A DNA stretch of 64,000 nucleotides from Octopus vulgaris (lineage: Eukaryota). Positions 39,712 to 53,944 of this stretch are shown in pieces. A model generated the notes under the pieces. That model was not told where the DNA came from, did not search any database, and saw nothing but the letters and a program-made list of their open reading frames with translations. Location: assembly GCA_951406725.2 (NCBI GenBank), contig OX597840.1, positions 13,206,001 through 13,270,000 on the forward strand. Direction: 5' to 3'. Each line of letters starts with the position of its first letter. The stretch's first letter is position 1. The translations under genes and the position numbers were made by a program.

Positions 39712-39756
39712 ATATTCAGGCGTGGAGTCAAAAATGGCACAAATGGAGTAGATGAG
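39712..39756 (+). CDS. Probable 45-nt in-frame micro-exon of the ERG channel (IFRRGVKNGTNGVDE), phase 0-0
   Basis: Polypyrimidine tract ttttctctttgttcttttAG (39710-11) and strong donor gag|GTAAGA (39757). Length is divisible by 3, there is no stop, and it sits in a non-repetitive island. Confidence 0.6.
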
Positions 39757-40238
39757 GTAAGATTCTGGTTCTTTTGTATTCTACAAAAAATGTTTCCTTT
39801 TTCTTTATTATTTTTTTTTCATTGTACCCCCCTTGGGAAACCCAAGTCAATTGATCAACCCAAGTGATACAAGCTGAAAGGACATTGAGGTCGATCCATC
39901 AGCCCGATGAAACAAACATTGGGAATGGTTGGTTTTAAAGTGTAATAGCCAATCAGAGATCATCTTTTAGTACATTTTTTTGTTTTGTTTTGTTTTTTCA
40001 CAGAAGATTTCATAATACCCTTTTATTCTTTTATATGTTTGTCATTTGAGTGTGGCCATGCTGAAGCACCACCTTAAAGGGCTTTAGATGAAGAAATCGA
40101 CCCCAGGACTCGTTTGTTGTAAGCCTAGTGCTTATTCTATCAGTCTCTTTTGCTGAACTGCTAAGTTATGGGGACATAAACATACCAACATCAGGTGTCA
40201 AGTGATGATGGGGCAAACAGACACACACACATACATAA

Positions 40239-40269
<31 letters not shown>

Positions 40270-40984
40270 TATATTCTACACAGTAATCCTTCACCATATC
40301 ACGGTTTATTATTGAAGCTTATGTCAGTTCCTCTGTGGTGTTGTTTTACATTTATAATAAAATAAATATAAACAAATTAGAAAAATAATACAAAAAGATA
40401 TACAGGAGTGGCTGTGTGGTAAGTAGCTTGCTAACCAACCACATGGTTCCGGGTTCAGTCCCACTGCATGGCATCTTGGGCAAGTATCTTCTGCTATAGC
40501 CCCGGGCCAACCAATGCCTTGTGAGTGGATTTGGTAGACGGAAACTGAAAGAAGCCTGTCGTATATATGTATATATATATATATGTGTTTGTGTGTCTGT
40601 GTTTGTCTCACTAGCATTGCTTGACAACCGATGCTGGTGTGTTTACGTCCCCGTCACTTAGTGGTTCGGCAAAAGAGACCAATAGAATAAGTACTGGGCT
40701 TACAAAGAATAAGTTCTGGGGTCGATTTGCTCGACTAAAGGTGGTGCTCCAGCATGGCCGCAGTCAAATGACTGAAACAAGTAAAAGAGTAAAGAGTAAT
40801 TGCATCAAAGCTGAAGTTAAGCCACAATATTTAATGCTTTCTGTTATATTTATATTAAAAATTTTCAAAATTACTGGAGTTTAGGGAGCGGATATTTTAA
40901 AACATATGCTATTTCAAATTGGCTAATTCATTTGAACTTATCCGCTTGATCTGTTGTAAATAATAGAAGGTCTAATTATTAAGT

Positions 40985-41605
40985 CAGTGGTTTTCAACCA
41001 GGGTTCCGCCAGTACAGTCCAGGGGTTCCACAAGAAGTTATAAAACTGCTAAAATCGGCAGTAATTTTTAATTCTCCTGTGCAGATATTCTCTTTTTTAC
41101 TCTTTTACTTGTTTCAGTCATTTGACTGCGGCCATGCTGGAGCACCGCCTTTAATCGAGCAACTCGACCCCGGAACTTATTCTTTTGTAAGCCCAGTACT
41201 TATTCTATCGGTCTCTTTTGCCGAACCACTAAGTAACGGGGACATAAGCACACTAGCATCGGTTGTCAAGCAATGCTAGGGGGACAAACACAGACACACA
41301 AACACACACACGCACATATATATATATATATATACATATATACGACGGGCTTCTTTCAGTTTCCGTCTACCAAATCCACTCACAAGGCTTTGGTCGGCCC
41401 GAGGCTATAGTAGAAGACACTTGCCCAAGGTGCCACGCAGTGGGTCTGAACCTGGAACCATGTGGTTGGTAAACAAGCTACTTACCACACAGCCACTCCT
41501 GCGCCTATGTGTGCATAAGACTATTAAATTATTGCACAGGGGTTCCTCGAGCCAGTGAAATGTTTCCTTGGGGTTCCACTCCAGCAAAAGGTTTGAAAAG
41601 CACTG
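40985..41605. mobile_element. hAT-superfamily MITE interrupted by a SINE A insertion
   Basis: TIRs CAGTGGTTTTCAACC and GGTTTGAAAAGCACTG, with a perfect 8-bp TSD TATTAAGT (40977-84 and 41606-13). Confidence 0.9.
41090..41507 (-). mobile_element. SINE family A, minus-strand full copy nested in a hAT MITE
   Basis: Reverse complement of the 16467 copy. Other minus copies at about 8775-9125, 25395-25565, 32400-32560, 40020-40215, 43778-44262, 48140-48300, 50575-50958, 59640-59830, 60288-60428 and 62970-63366. Confidence 0.9.
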
Positions 41606-42541
41606 TATTAAGTAAATAAATCATATTAGTTTTTCGTGTTAAAGGTTCCTACAGAAATCTATGCGTTTGTAAGTTAAGATATGAATAGATATTTACAAAA
41701 ATAAACCATGTATAACTCCCACCATATTTTATATTATCAAAATGCATGTATATACACATACATACCTACGCATATGTAATCAAATGTACATACGTTACAC
41801 ACCATAAATATACATCTGTTGAAAAGCATAGATATATACGTATATATCCACTCACATATACACAAATATACATGCACCCACATATATCCACATACTCTCA
41901 CAGAACATCACATTACACACATACACAGTCCTACCTACAATCCACATACACACACACATATACACATCCAAACATACGCACACACACATACCCATACACA
42001 CATGTACATACACATTCATTCCTACATCAACATATACAAATACCTACAAAATTAACTCTATAAATAAGTTTAGGTCTACAATTGAACAAATAAGCTAGAT
42101 ATGAGTTAAATAATTATGTTCCTAACATTTTTATTAAATAAGAACACAAAACGACAATTTATCCATATCCACAAGCATACTCGTAAAGACACATTCAATT
42201 CTCTATATGTATCGCTATTCGACAAACACACATATCTATACATAACCACAGACAACACAAATTTATACATACACACATATGCACATGCATTTATAAATAT
42301 ACCCATACATACACATGCATAAACTAGTACCTACATATATTATAATATATTCTCCACCATATTATTATAAATACATACATATATAGGCGCAGGAGTGGCT
42401 GTGTGGTAAGTAGCATGCTAATCAACCACATGGTTCCGGGTTCAAGTGTCATCTTGGGCAAGTGTCTTCTGCTATAGCCCCGGGCCGACCAATGCCTTGT
42501 GAGTGGATTTGGTAGACGGAAACTGAAAGAAGCCTGTCGTA

Positions 42542-42582
<41 letters not shown>

Positions 42583-43264
42583 TTGTGTGTCTGTGTTTGT
42601 CCCCCTAGCATTGCTTGACAACCGATGCTGGTGTGTTTACGTCCCCGTTACTTAGCGATTCGGCAAAAGAGACCAATAGAATAAGTACTGGGCTTACAAA
42701 GAATAAGTCCTGGGGTCGATTTGCTCGACTAGAGGCGGTGCTCCAGCATGGCCGCAGTCAATTGACTGAAACAAGTAAAACAGTAAAGAGTATATGCACA
42801 TGCATATATAAATATACCCATACATCCACATGCATAAACTAGTACCTACATATATTATAATATATTCTCCACCATATTATTATAAATACATACGCATATG
42901 TATATATATATTCTCTAAGAGTCCTTATATACATACATTTACTCGTATACATAAACTAAACCAAATACTATGCACATGCAAACCTACTTTATAACCCTAA
43001 ACCTAACACTAATACATATACATATGCATATACATACAAACATATACAGGTATATATGGAATATACATATATGTACACATGTATATATAACCCCACAGGT
43101 AATTATATATCCCAATCTAAATGAGTAAAAACACAAAATCAATATAAGTATAAGCTAGACTACATGCATATATATACATGCATGTACACACACATACATA
43201 CCTATATATATATTTTTATATATATATATATGTGTGTGTATTTATATATATATATATGTGTGTG

Positions 43265-43306
<42 letters not shown>

Positions 43307-44939
43307 GAGAGTTTATGAAAAAACAAAAGACGAAGACAGGTGGTGTACGCATATATATATATATATATACATACACATACAGGCATATACATATCATCAC
43401 ATACACAAATCTACACTATGATCTATCCATAAGATCTAATATACATAATTAATAACAAAATAATAATAATTGAAAACTAACACATACATGTACATAAATA
43501 TACATACATAACTACATACATATATCCATCTATACATATACGAATCCAAAAGTGTACTCAAGTGGGTGTGTACATGCACACATACTTTATACAGAACTTT
43601 ATACTAAATAACAAGTGTAAATATATATCAATATACATGAACAAATGGATATATATCTACAAACAAAAACAAGTACATCAAGAACATACATATATGTACA
43701 CACATATCGACACCTATGTATATAAACTTATTCACATACATTGTATATGTATGCGAATATGTTTATATATATATAGATGTCGAGCAAATCGACCCCAGGA
43801 CTTATTCTTTGTAAGTCTAGTACTTATTCTATCAGTCTCTTTTGCCAAACCGCTAAGTTACGGGGACGTAAACACACCAGCATCGATTGTCAAGCTATGT
43901 TGGGGGGACAAACACAGACACACAGACATGCATATATATATATATATGTATATAGATATATACATATATACAATGGGCTTCTTTCAGTTTCCATCTACCA
44001 AATCCACTGAAGGCTTTGGTCAACCAGAGGTTATAATAGAAGACACTTGCCCAAGGTGCCACGCAGTGGGACTGAACCAGGAACCATGTGGTTCGTAAGC
44101 AAGCTACTTACCACACAGCCACTCCCACTTGTTTCAGTCATTTGACTGCAGCCATGCTGGAGCACCACCTTTAGTCAAGCAAATCGACCCCAGGACTTAT
44201 TCTTTGTAAGCCTAGTACTTATTCTATCAGTCTCTTTTGCCAAACTGCTATGTTATGGGAACGATGGATATAAGTATGTGTAACCTATATTACATATGTA
44301 TATGAATATAAGTAAAAATATTCCTATATTACAAGTGTATATACAAATATACACACTCACACATACATATACACACATATTTATATACTATATATGTACA
44401 TACATATGTGTATACACTTATACATGCATATACATACATACACACATTATATATATATTCATACTCACTCACAGAAGATATATAATTGATTTCTATACAT
44501 AGAAATTTACTGAATTTTGGAATTAATTTTGAAGAATAAAAACATTTCATAAAGCAATTTCCATTTAATATTTTCAATGTTACCATTTTTAGAAGAATGT
44601 ACTTTTCTCTGGAGTTCATTTCATTATTTTTTTTCATTCTTTATTTTTCTATATCTTAATATAGCTTTTAATTATCATCATCATTATCATCACCATAATC
44701 ACCATAATCATCATCATTATCATTACTATTTTTTTTTAAGGCAGCGAGTAGGCAGAATCCTTAGCATGCTGGGCAAAATACTTTGCGGTATTGCGTCCAT
44801 CTTTATGTTCTGAGTTCAAATTCCACTAAGGTCAGCTTTGCCTTTTATCCTTTCCGAGTTGATGAAATAAGTACCAGTTGAGCAATGGGATCAATGTAAT
44901 TGATTTAACCCCCTCCCCCAAAATTTGAAACCATTATTA

Positions 44940-44971
<32 letters not shown>

Positions 44972-47068
44972 GAGTGAGAGAACAGTGCATGTCATCAAAG
45001 TGACACTGAGGTAAAATATACGGAACCCAGTATACCCCTCATGACTACTCGTCTGATAAGCGTACACCAGGCACATGCATTACAACCACATGTGCATGAC
45101 ATAGTGATCTCATATCAAGATAAATAGTGCATGACCTTGCAAGTGGGGCCCAGTTAGAATTTTTTTCAGGTTGAGTAGCCCATCCTGCTCAAAAGGCCCT
45201 TGAATAAGGTTTGTTTAAAGCAAATTAAGGTGAAATATTTTCTGTTGCCCATCTTTTATGCCAAGACAAAACAATGTACATGATAACACTTCTAATCAAT
45301 TAAGAGCAGAAGCCATGAGAGCCACTGCCTGGTACTACATCAGGGCATTTATGGAGCAGAATATTTGCTGTAGCCCATCTTTTACACCAAGATAAAATAT
45401 GTACATGATAACACTTCGAATCAGTTAGCAGAATCGTTAGCATACAAGGCAAAATGCATAACAGCATTTTGTCCGTCTTTACGTTCTGAGTTCAAATTCT
45501 ACTGTGGTCGACTTTGCCTTTCACCCACTTGGGGTTGATAAATTAAGTACCAGTGGGACACTGGGGTCAATGAAATTGAGCCTTGTGCCTTTAGTTGAAA
45601 GAATTATTATTATTATTGAAGATGCTACACCTTACCCATTATTGTGATGCTGTAGACTGGAGATATTTTGAGTACCAGGTTTTCACTGACTTTCAAGTTA
45701 CAACAAGGACCTCAGACAAACAATACTTTATGCAATATGCATGCAGTTCCAAATAATGCCAGTTTTTGCAATATGCAAAGATTGCAGGCTATTTCTAAAG
45801 TGCGCAGATGTTTCTTTAGGTTGGATCATATCAAACCCAAGAACAACTTCTATGTTTGACTCTCGCAGCTGCCACATCTTGGCGATGTCATCTCTCAAGT
45901 CTCCATATTTGTGGACCTTTTCTCATTTATTTTCCATAGGGTCATATACCTTGTGTACTTCCCTACTTTTAATGTATACTGTATATGCTTTTCTTTTGTT
46001 TTTTATTACCATTTCATTATATGTAAACCCCCACACTTTATGTCTGTCTCTGTATTGTCCCCCTCATCCTTCACCCTGGTGGCAAGTAAACAAAATCATT
46101 ATTACTATTATTATCATTATTGAGACAGCGAGCTGGCAGAAACATTAGCACCAGGTGAAATGCTTAGCAGTATTTTATCTGCCACTACGTTCTGAGTTCA
46201 AATTCCACCGAGGTCAACTTTTGCCTTTCATCCTTTTGGGGTCGATAAATTAAGTACCAGTGAAGTCAATGTAACTGACTAGTCGTCTCCCCATTAAATT
46301 TGAGGTCTTGTGCTTCCCATAAAATGGATCATCATCATCATCATCATCATTATTATCATCATTATTATCATTATTATTATTATTATTATTATGGCGTCGA
46401 ACTGGCAGAACTGTAAGAACTTAGCAGCATTTTGTCTGTTTTACATTCTGAATTCAAATTCTGCCAAGGTTGACTTTTGGAGTCAATGAAATAAGTACCA
46501 GCCGAGCGCAGGGTCGATGTAATTGACTAGTCTCCTCCCCCCAAATTTCGAGCCTTGTGCCTATAGTAGAAAGAATTATTATTATTATTATTGAGTGAGA
46601 CATCAGTGCATGCCATCAAAGTGACACTGGGGTAAAATATACCCAGTATACCCATCATGACTACCCATCTGATAAGGGTACAGTAGGCACATGCATCAAA
46701 AACCATATGTGCATGACATGGTGATCTCATATCAAGGTAAGCAGCACATGACCTTACAGGTGGGGCGCTGTTAGAATTTTCTTCAGGTTGAGTAGCCCAT
46801 CCCGCTCAAAAAGTTCCTGAATAAGGATTGTTTAAGGATGTTGAAAGAACCACCCATGTTTCCAGAGGTGAATTATTCAAACCCCAAAGAATCCCTCTCA
46901 ACATACGGCTATGATGCTCCCCCACTACTTCTGCTCATGGTCAGAAATGCACATATCGTCAGCCACTAAGGGATATGGTCAACTGGTTACGGTCAAACAA
47001 CTGACAAGCAAATCTGTGGTATTGAGCAGAATATTTGCTGTAGCCCAACTTTTATACCAAGACAAAAA

Positions 47069-47133
<65 letters not shown>

Positions 47134-47725
47134 TTATCCTTATTATTTCCCTTAAGTGAATACGCCACATATCAGTACCAAAATGTAATTTTCCACAATT
47201 AATCCTATCCTCTACTACCCCCCACACGCACACACTACATTCCAGTAGATAATTCCAGTAAGAATTTATAAAAGTGCACAAGGAATGGAGTGGTGCAGAG
47301 TGGAGAGGTGCATGGTATGGTGCAGGGGTTCGATAGATTCGTTGCTGCAGTAAGTAGCATGGTAGACAGTTTTAAGTGTAAAACAGTGTTTTCTGAAATT
47401 ATAAGATGTCGCACATTCCATTAACTTTGTCCCTTGGCGGTAGTCAGACGAACGGTTCTCCACCATTCAATTAATTATACAGCCTTCCACTCCCCATGGC
47501 CACCCCCCACTGCCACCACCTTCACTGTTATCTCCGTATCTCCTCTGTGGGTGGGTTTTATATATTTATAAACCTGCTCTACCCTCATCTCCCTCTTTCT
47601 CATTGCTTGAGTGACAGGGTTTGTATTCGTTTTAATTGGATGTTTCACACGCACACACACACACACACACGTATTTCCATATATACTCACATATACACAG
47701 GTACACGCACACATACAATATGCAC

Positions 47726-47757
<32 letters not shown>

Positions 47758-49139
47758 GCATACACACATATATATCTGTATCAACACAGAAGCACACACA
47801 ATATTCAGTGCTATTTTAAGTTTGTGAACACTTTTGTTCAAAAACAAGAGCATCATATAATGTGTGTGTGTGTCTGTGTGTAGATAAATATATATATTTG
47901 TATACGTGTAGGTTTATATATGCGTGCATTTATATATATATATATATATAGATATATAATTAATAATAATAATATTAGGGAGTAAATCCAAACTTACAGG
48001 GAAAAATTAGATTTAGGATTTTTATCTCTAATTTAATATATTTATATATATATATGTATATATATGCATGTTTGTGTATATAAATATATGTACACATGTA
48101 TGTATATAAATATGTGTCTATGTGTGTGTGTATATATATACTCTTTTACTCTTTTATTTGTTTGAGCCATTTGACTGTGGCCATGCTGGAACATTGCCTT
48201 TAGTCGAGCAAATCGACTCTGGGACTTATTCTTTGTAAGCCCAGTACTTATTCTATCAATCACTTTTGCTGAACCGCTAAGTTACACTAAGTTACAGAGA
48301 CGTAAAGGATTTAAATTTCAGGTATGTGGATGCATGACAAATAGGCTTGTCCCATGGACTCATGGATCTTCTCATATCCTACCTTGTCATGAAGGCAGTG
48401 AGGTGGTAGAAGCGTTAGCACGCGGGGCGAAATGCTTAGCGGTATTTCATCTGCTGTTACGTTCTGAGTTCAAATTCTGCCGAGGTCAACTTTGCCTTTC
48501 ATCCTTTCGGGATCGATAAATTAAGTACCAATTACACACTGAGGTCAATGTAATCGACTTAATACCTTTGTCTGTCCTTGTTTGTCCCTTCTACATTTAG
48601 CTCCTTGTGGGCAGTAAAGAAATAAGATAGATTTGTCCTATAGACTCATGAAAATTAGTCATATGCAACTGAGTCAAACTGTTATTACATCCGCCTTAGC
48701 CGTGGTGGAGGTATTGTTTTCAGTTGTGCTTGTTTGTTTGTTTGTTTGTCCATGGATAAAATATCTCAAGAACTGCTTAATGGATTTGGATGAAACTTTC
48801 AGAGATGTTTGTCCTTGTGGCTCGCATGAACTGATTAGATTTTGGGATTGATCTGGTATCAGACAAGGATTCTGGATTATTTTTCCGTTTTTTTTACTTA
48901 ATTTTTAAGAGCAGTTGGGTTCATTTTTAGTATTCTTGTTTGTGAGAGCAGTTGAGTTTATTTCAGATATTCTCATTTTAAAAATTATCTCCAACTAATT
49001 GTTGAGAGGACATTGGTGTTGCCTTGGTGGAGGTTTGTGCTCTTGTTTGTTTTTGTGTCTTTATTTATAACAAAATCAATTTTAACATAATATATATACA
49101 TACATACATATATATATATATATATGTATGTATGTATGT

Positions 49140-49390
49140 GCACACCTTTCAATGCCATGTATGCCAGAAGGTTTGCAAATCTAACGGAGGCATCAAAAGA
49201 CATTTTAAGATCCACAAAGATCAGAACTTATCGGCAGCTCTTGGTGGTCCAAATCAGATGAGCAATGTATGTGGGTGTCTTTCAGAACATTGTCTGGTTT
49301 AAAAAGCCACATCAGATGCCATGATGGTTCAAAGGGGTAGGTACAGGAGGTGGTCAGATTCTGCATAAGGAGTAGACAACAATCCAACCA
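49140..49390 (+). mobile_element. Probable LINE 3' end encoding two decayed C2H2 zinc fingers
   Basis: FQCHVCQKVCKSNGGIKRHFKIH, then a frameshifted second finger NVCG..FRTLSGLKSHIRCH. No splice sites compatible with the host gene. Confidence 0.5.
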
Positions 49391-49912
49391 TCCCAGTATG
49401 GAAAGTGAATGTTAAACAATGATGATAATGATAATGATGATAAACCTCCACCAAGGCAACACCAATGTCCTCTCAATCATTATCCAGAGATGATTTTTAA
49501 AATGAGAATATCTGAAATAATCTTGACTGCTCTCACAAACGAGAATACTAATAATGAACCCAACCGCTCTCAAAAATTAAGTAAAAAAGCTGGAAAAATA
49601 ATCCAGAATCCTTGACCAGTACTGGATCGATCCCGAAATTTAACTACTAACGACTAACCTGAGCAAGCAAATTCATTCTTTAGACTATTACTAGTCAGGA
49701 AATCATAAAGTGGCACAAACAGGCGACTTTTGGAATGTTTTAAATGTGTAATTCGTGTATATTCACCGGATAAAAACCGTTTTTTTTCCACATGATGTTA
49801 TATCTCTGTTCATCAATTAAAAAGTTTGTTGGAAACAGCTGTAGTGAATGACTCATTATCCATCTATTGTTCTACATATATATATTTACATATTGTTTTT
49901 CTGCTTTTGCAG

Positions 49913-50344
49913 GTACTTTCTCTTGGAGCTGACGTCATTCCAGAGTACAAACTGCAATCATCTCGCATCCACAGGTGCACAATTCTTCATTATTCTCCGT
50001 TCAAAGCTGTTTGGGACTGGATTATTCTTCTCCTTGTGATCTACACAGCAATATTTACTCCCTATGTTGCAGCTTTTCTTTTAAGTGAGGAACGTAAAAA
50101 GGAAGCTTATCAGAGCGTGCAAAACTCTTATCAAGATCCTCTCACCATTATAGACCTTATTGTCGATGTGATGTTTATCATCGACATTCTTATCAACTTC
50201 CGTACCACGTATGTCAATAAAAACGATGAAGTAGTCAGCCATCCAGGGAAAATTGCTGTTCATTATTTTAAGGGTTGGTTTCTCATTGATGTGGTGGCAG
50301 CCATCCCATTTGACTTGTTACTGTTCGGTTCAGAAACTGATGAA
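49913..50344 (+). CDS. KCNH2: ERG/KCNH2-family exon encoding S1-S3 of the voltage sensor (equivalent to hERG exon 6), phase 0-0
   Basis: Acceptor cttttgcAG and donor gaa|GTAAGT. Encodes [68 protein letters not shown], nearly identical to hERG. Confidence 0.97.
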
Positions 50345-50514
50345 GTAAGTACAAGCATATATGCGTATGTGCTCACACATGCACATACTTGCACCACACG
50401 TATGCACATAGATACATATGCACATAGATACATATGTATGTAGATACATACATGCATAGAAATAAAATACATGTGCACACACACACACACATACACACTA
50501 CACTGATATGTACT

Positions 50515-50558
<44 letters not shown>

Positions 50559-51884
50559 CACACACACACAAATATACTCTTTTACTTGTTTCGGTGATTT
50601 GACTGTGGCCATGCTGGAGCACCGCCTTTAGTCAAGCAAATTCTTTGTAAGCCTAGTACTTATTCTATCAGTCTATTTTGCCAAACCGCTAAGTTACAAG
50701 GACATAAACACACCAGCATCAGTTGTCAAGCGATGTTGAGGGGACAAACATATACACACACATACATATATATACACACACACACACATACATACGACGG
50801 GCTTCTTTCAGTTTCCATCTAATAAATCCACTCACAAGGCTTTGGTCGGCCCGAGGCTATAGTATAAGACACTTGCCCAAGGTGCCACGCAGTGGGACTG
50901 GACCTGGGACCATGTGGTTGGTAAGCAAGCTACTTACCACACAGCCACTCCTACGCCTATATATATTTATATATATATATGAAAATATACACACATATAC
51001 ATGCTGATACATTCCAGCATAGAACAAAATGTGTACACACACACACATATACACACTATACACAGATATGTACTTATATATGTATATGAAAATATACACA
51101 CATAAACATGCAGACACATACAAGCATACATGCATTGATATGTACAGACAAGCAGAGATTTAAAGTACATGTATACATATAGGCAGTGCTCCAGCATGGC
51201 CACAGTCAAATGACTGAAACAAGTAAAAGAGTATATACATTCACATATGCATATACACACTACACACAAGTATGTTCTTACTCATGTATATACACAGATA
51301 TACATAATGCACATAACTGTGTTGCATGTATACACATAGATATATATGTATATAGATACATAAAAGCATTGAAATATATATACAGGCACAGTCATAAAAT
51401 ATATATATATATATATATATTACATACATATATGCATACATGCACACACACACACACACATGAAAGCACATATATACACATATACATAAAGACAGACAGA
51501 TCCACACACCCACATACATATACATACATGCATATATACGAATATGTATATGCACATACACACATGCAAAAATGCATACATATACATTCACACAGACACA
51601 CACATGTATATCTGTGCATCCATGTCTTTACTTTTGAAATATTTCATTATTATTATTGTTGTTTATGTTATATATATATGATGTTCTGTGTTCAATTCTT
51701 GCCAAGGCCAGCTTTGCCTTTCATCATTCCAGGGTTGATTAAATAAATTACCTGTGAAGTATTGATTCACTTTGATCGACTACCCCCCCCCCCCATACAC
51801 ACACACACTGTCCCCCATCCCAGTTTGAGACCTTGTGCCAAAGTATGAAATTATTATTATTACTACTACTACTACTACTACTAC

Positions 51885-51923
<39 letters not shown>

Positions 51924-53177
51924 CCTTTTCTTTTGATTTTGTTTCCATTTCTTGCTGAGGGTCTTCTCGACATCTAGGGCAAAGAAACTCACTGGATAGA
52001 TTTGTAGGCCATTAAAACAAAATACACCCCATTGTTCATTTGCAAAGTCATGTGGTAGAAAAAAAGAGTAAGAAAGAAAGAAAGAATAAAAAATTTTAAA
52101 AATCATCATCATCATCATCATCGTTTAACGTCTGCTTTCCATGCTAGCATGGGTTGGACGATTTGACTGAGGTCTGGCGAACCAGATGGCTGCACCAGGC
52201 TCCAGTCTGATCTGGCAGTGTTTCTACAGCTGGATGCACTTCCTAACGCCAACCACTCCGAGAGTGTAGTGGGTGCTTTTATGTGCCACCAGCACGAGAG
52301 CCAGTCAGGTGGTACTGATGGATAAGAATTAAAAAAAAAAAAGAAAACAAAGAGAATATCTGGGTAAAAAAGGAAAGAAAATTCACAGCCACAATGCTAT
52401 TATCAATATGTGTGATGTACCAGTTAAAACAATCTTTGGAATTTCTTGCATGGTAAACCAGGGATCACCCTCAAATAATTTTCAGTTATCATTATTATTA
52501 TTGAGTGAGAGAGTAGTGCATACCACCAAAGTGACTCTGGGTTACAAATATACAGAGCCCAGTGTACCCATTATGCCTAACCGTCTGATAAGGGTATACC
52601 AGGCACGTGCATCACAACCAAATGTGCGCGACATGGTGATCTCATATCAAGATAAACGGCGCATGACCTTGCAGGTGGGGCCCAGTTAGAATTTTCTTCA
52701 GGTCGAGTATCCCATCTCACTCAAAAGGTCCCTGAATAAGGGTTATTTAAGGATGTTGAACGAGGCACTCATGTTTCCAGAGGTGAACTATTCAAACCCC
52801 AAAGAATCCCTCTCAACACATGGCTATGATGCTCCCCCACTACTTCTGCTCGTGATCAGAGATGCCTATGTCATCAAGGACTAAGGGACATGCTCAACTG
52901 GTTAAAGTCAAGCAACTGATAAGCAAATCTGTGGTATTGAGCAGAATATTTGCTGTTAGCCCATCTTTTATACCAAGACAAAACAATGTACATGATAACA
53001 CTTCCAGTCAGTTAAGACCAAAATCCATGAGAGCCACTGCCTGGTACTGCATCAAATTGAGAAGTGGTGATGAGTGACAATTCTGTAAATAGTAATAATA
53101 ATAATATTTAAGCTTAAAGCTTATAAGCAATCAGCATGTATTGACTAACGAAAATAGACTAATATTGAGGCATATAA

Positions 53178-53308
53178 GCCCTTAACAGAAAAAAAGTGGG
53201 TTTTCTGTATGCATGGCATTTGAATCTGCACTCCTTATATTCATGAATATAAGAGGTGTAGATTCGAGTCCTATACAAACAGAAAACCCACTTTTTCCTG
53301 TTAAGCCT
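53178..53308. repeat. ~130-bp palindromic MITE-like element
   Basis: CTTAACAG.AAAAAGTGGGTTTTCTGT ... ACAGAAAACCCACTTTTTCCTGTTAAG, centred on TATATTCATGAATATA. Confidence 0.75.
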
Positions 53309-53529
53309 CCCCTGACACCTGTGCCGGTGGCATGTAAAAAGCACCCACTACACTCACGGAGTGGTTGGCGTTAGGAAAGGCATCCAGCTGTAGAAACACT
53401 GCTAGATCAGACTGGAGCCTGGTGCAGCCTCCTGGATTCCCAGACCCCGGTCGAACCGTCCAACCCATGCTAGCATGGAAAATGGACGTTAAACGACAAT
53501 GACAATGATAATGATTCTGGGGGGCTGAC

Positions 53530-53900
53530 GATCATGGTAGGTCTTCCATTTGCTCATCGTCTTCCAGGGATGTTTTTTCCACTTTTTAAGCACCCGTGCC
53601 CCTCAGAACATTGCATACAACCCATTGCCTCATGGCTGTAAGCTTGCTGAAGCATGGTTAATGTCTCTGTAGCAGATTTCCCAAGTTTAACACGAAATTC
53701 ACGGCTCTTTGTTCTTTTCCATGAGAAAATCACAAACTACAACATACATCTGATCACAAAAATACAAATTTCACATCTTGTGAAGTACATACATAGATGT
53801 CACTTGGCATACTGCCTCATGAAGGTCACTGCTGGCTCTCACTGTGCTGCCATCTGTTGGTGCATTACAGAACTAGTCCAGGAACTTTTTTATACCACTG
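53530..53900 (-). mobile_element. 5' fragment of a mariner element (HTH region)
   Basis: Minus strand encodes EFRVKLGKSATETLTMLQQAY, typical of mariner N-termini. TIR-like end at about 53880-53900. Confidence 0.6.
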
Positions 53901-53944
53901 CCTATTTGTTACCAGCTTTTCTTGTGTGCTTGTGTGTCTCTGTA

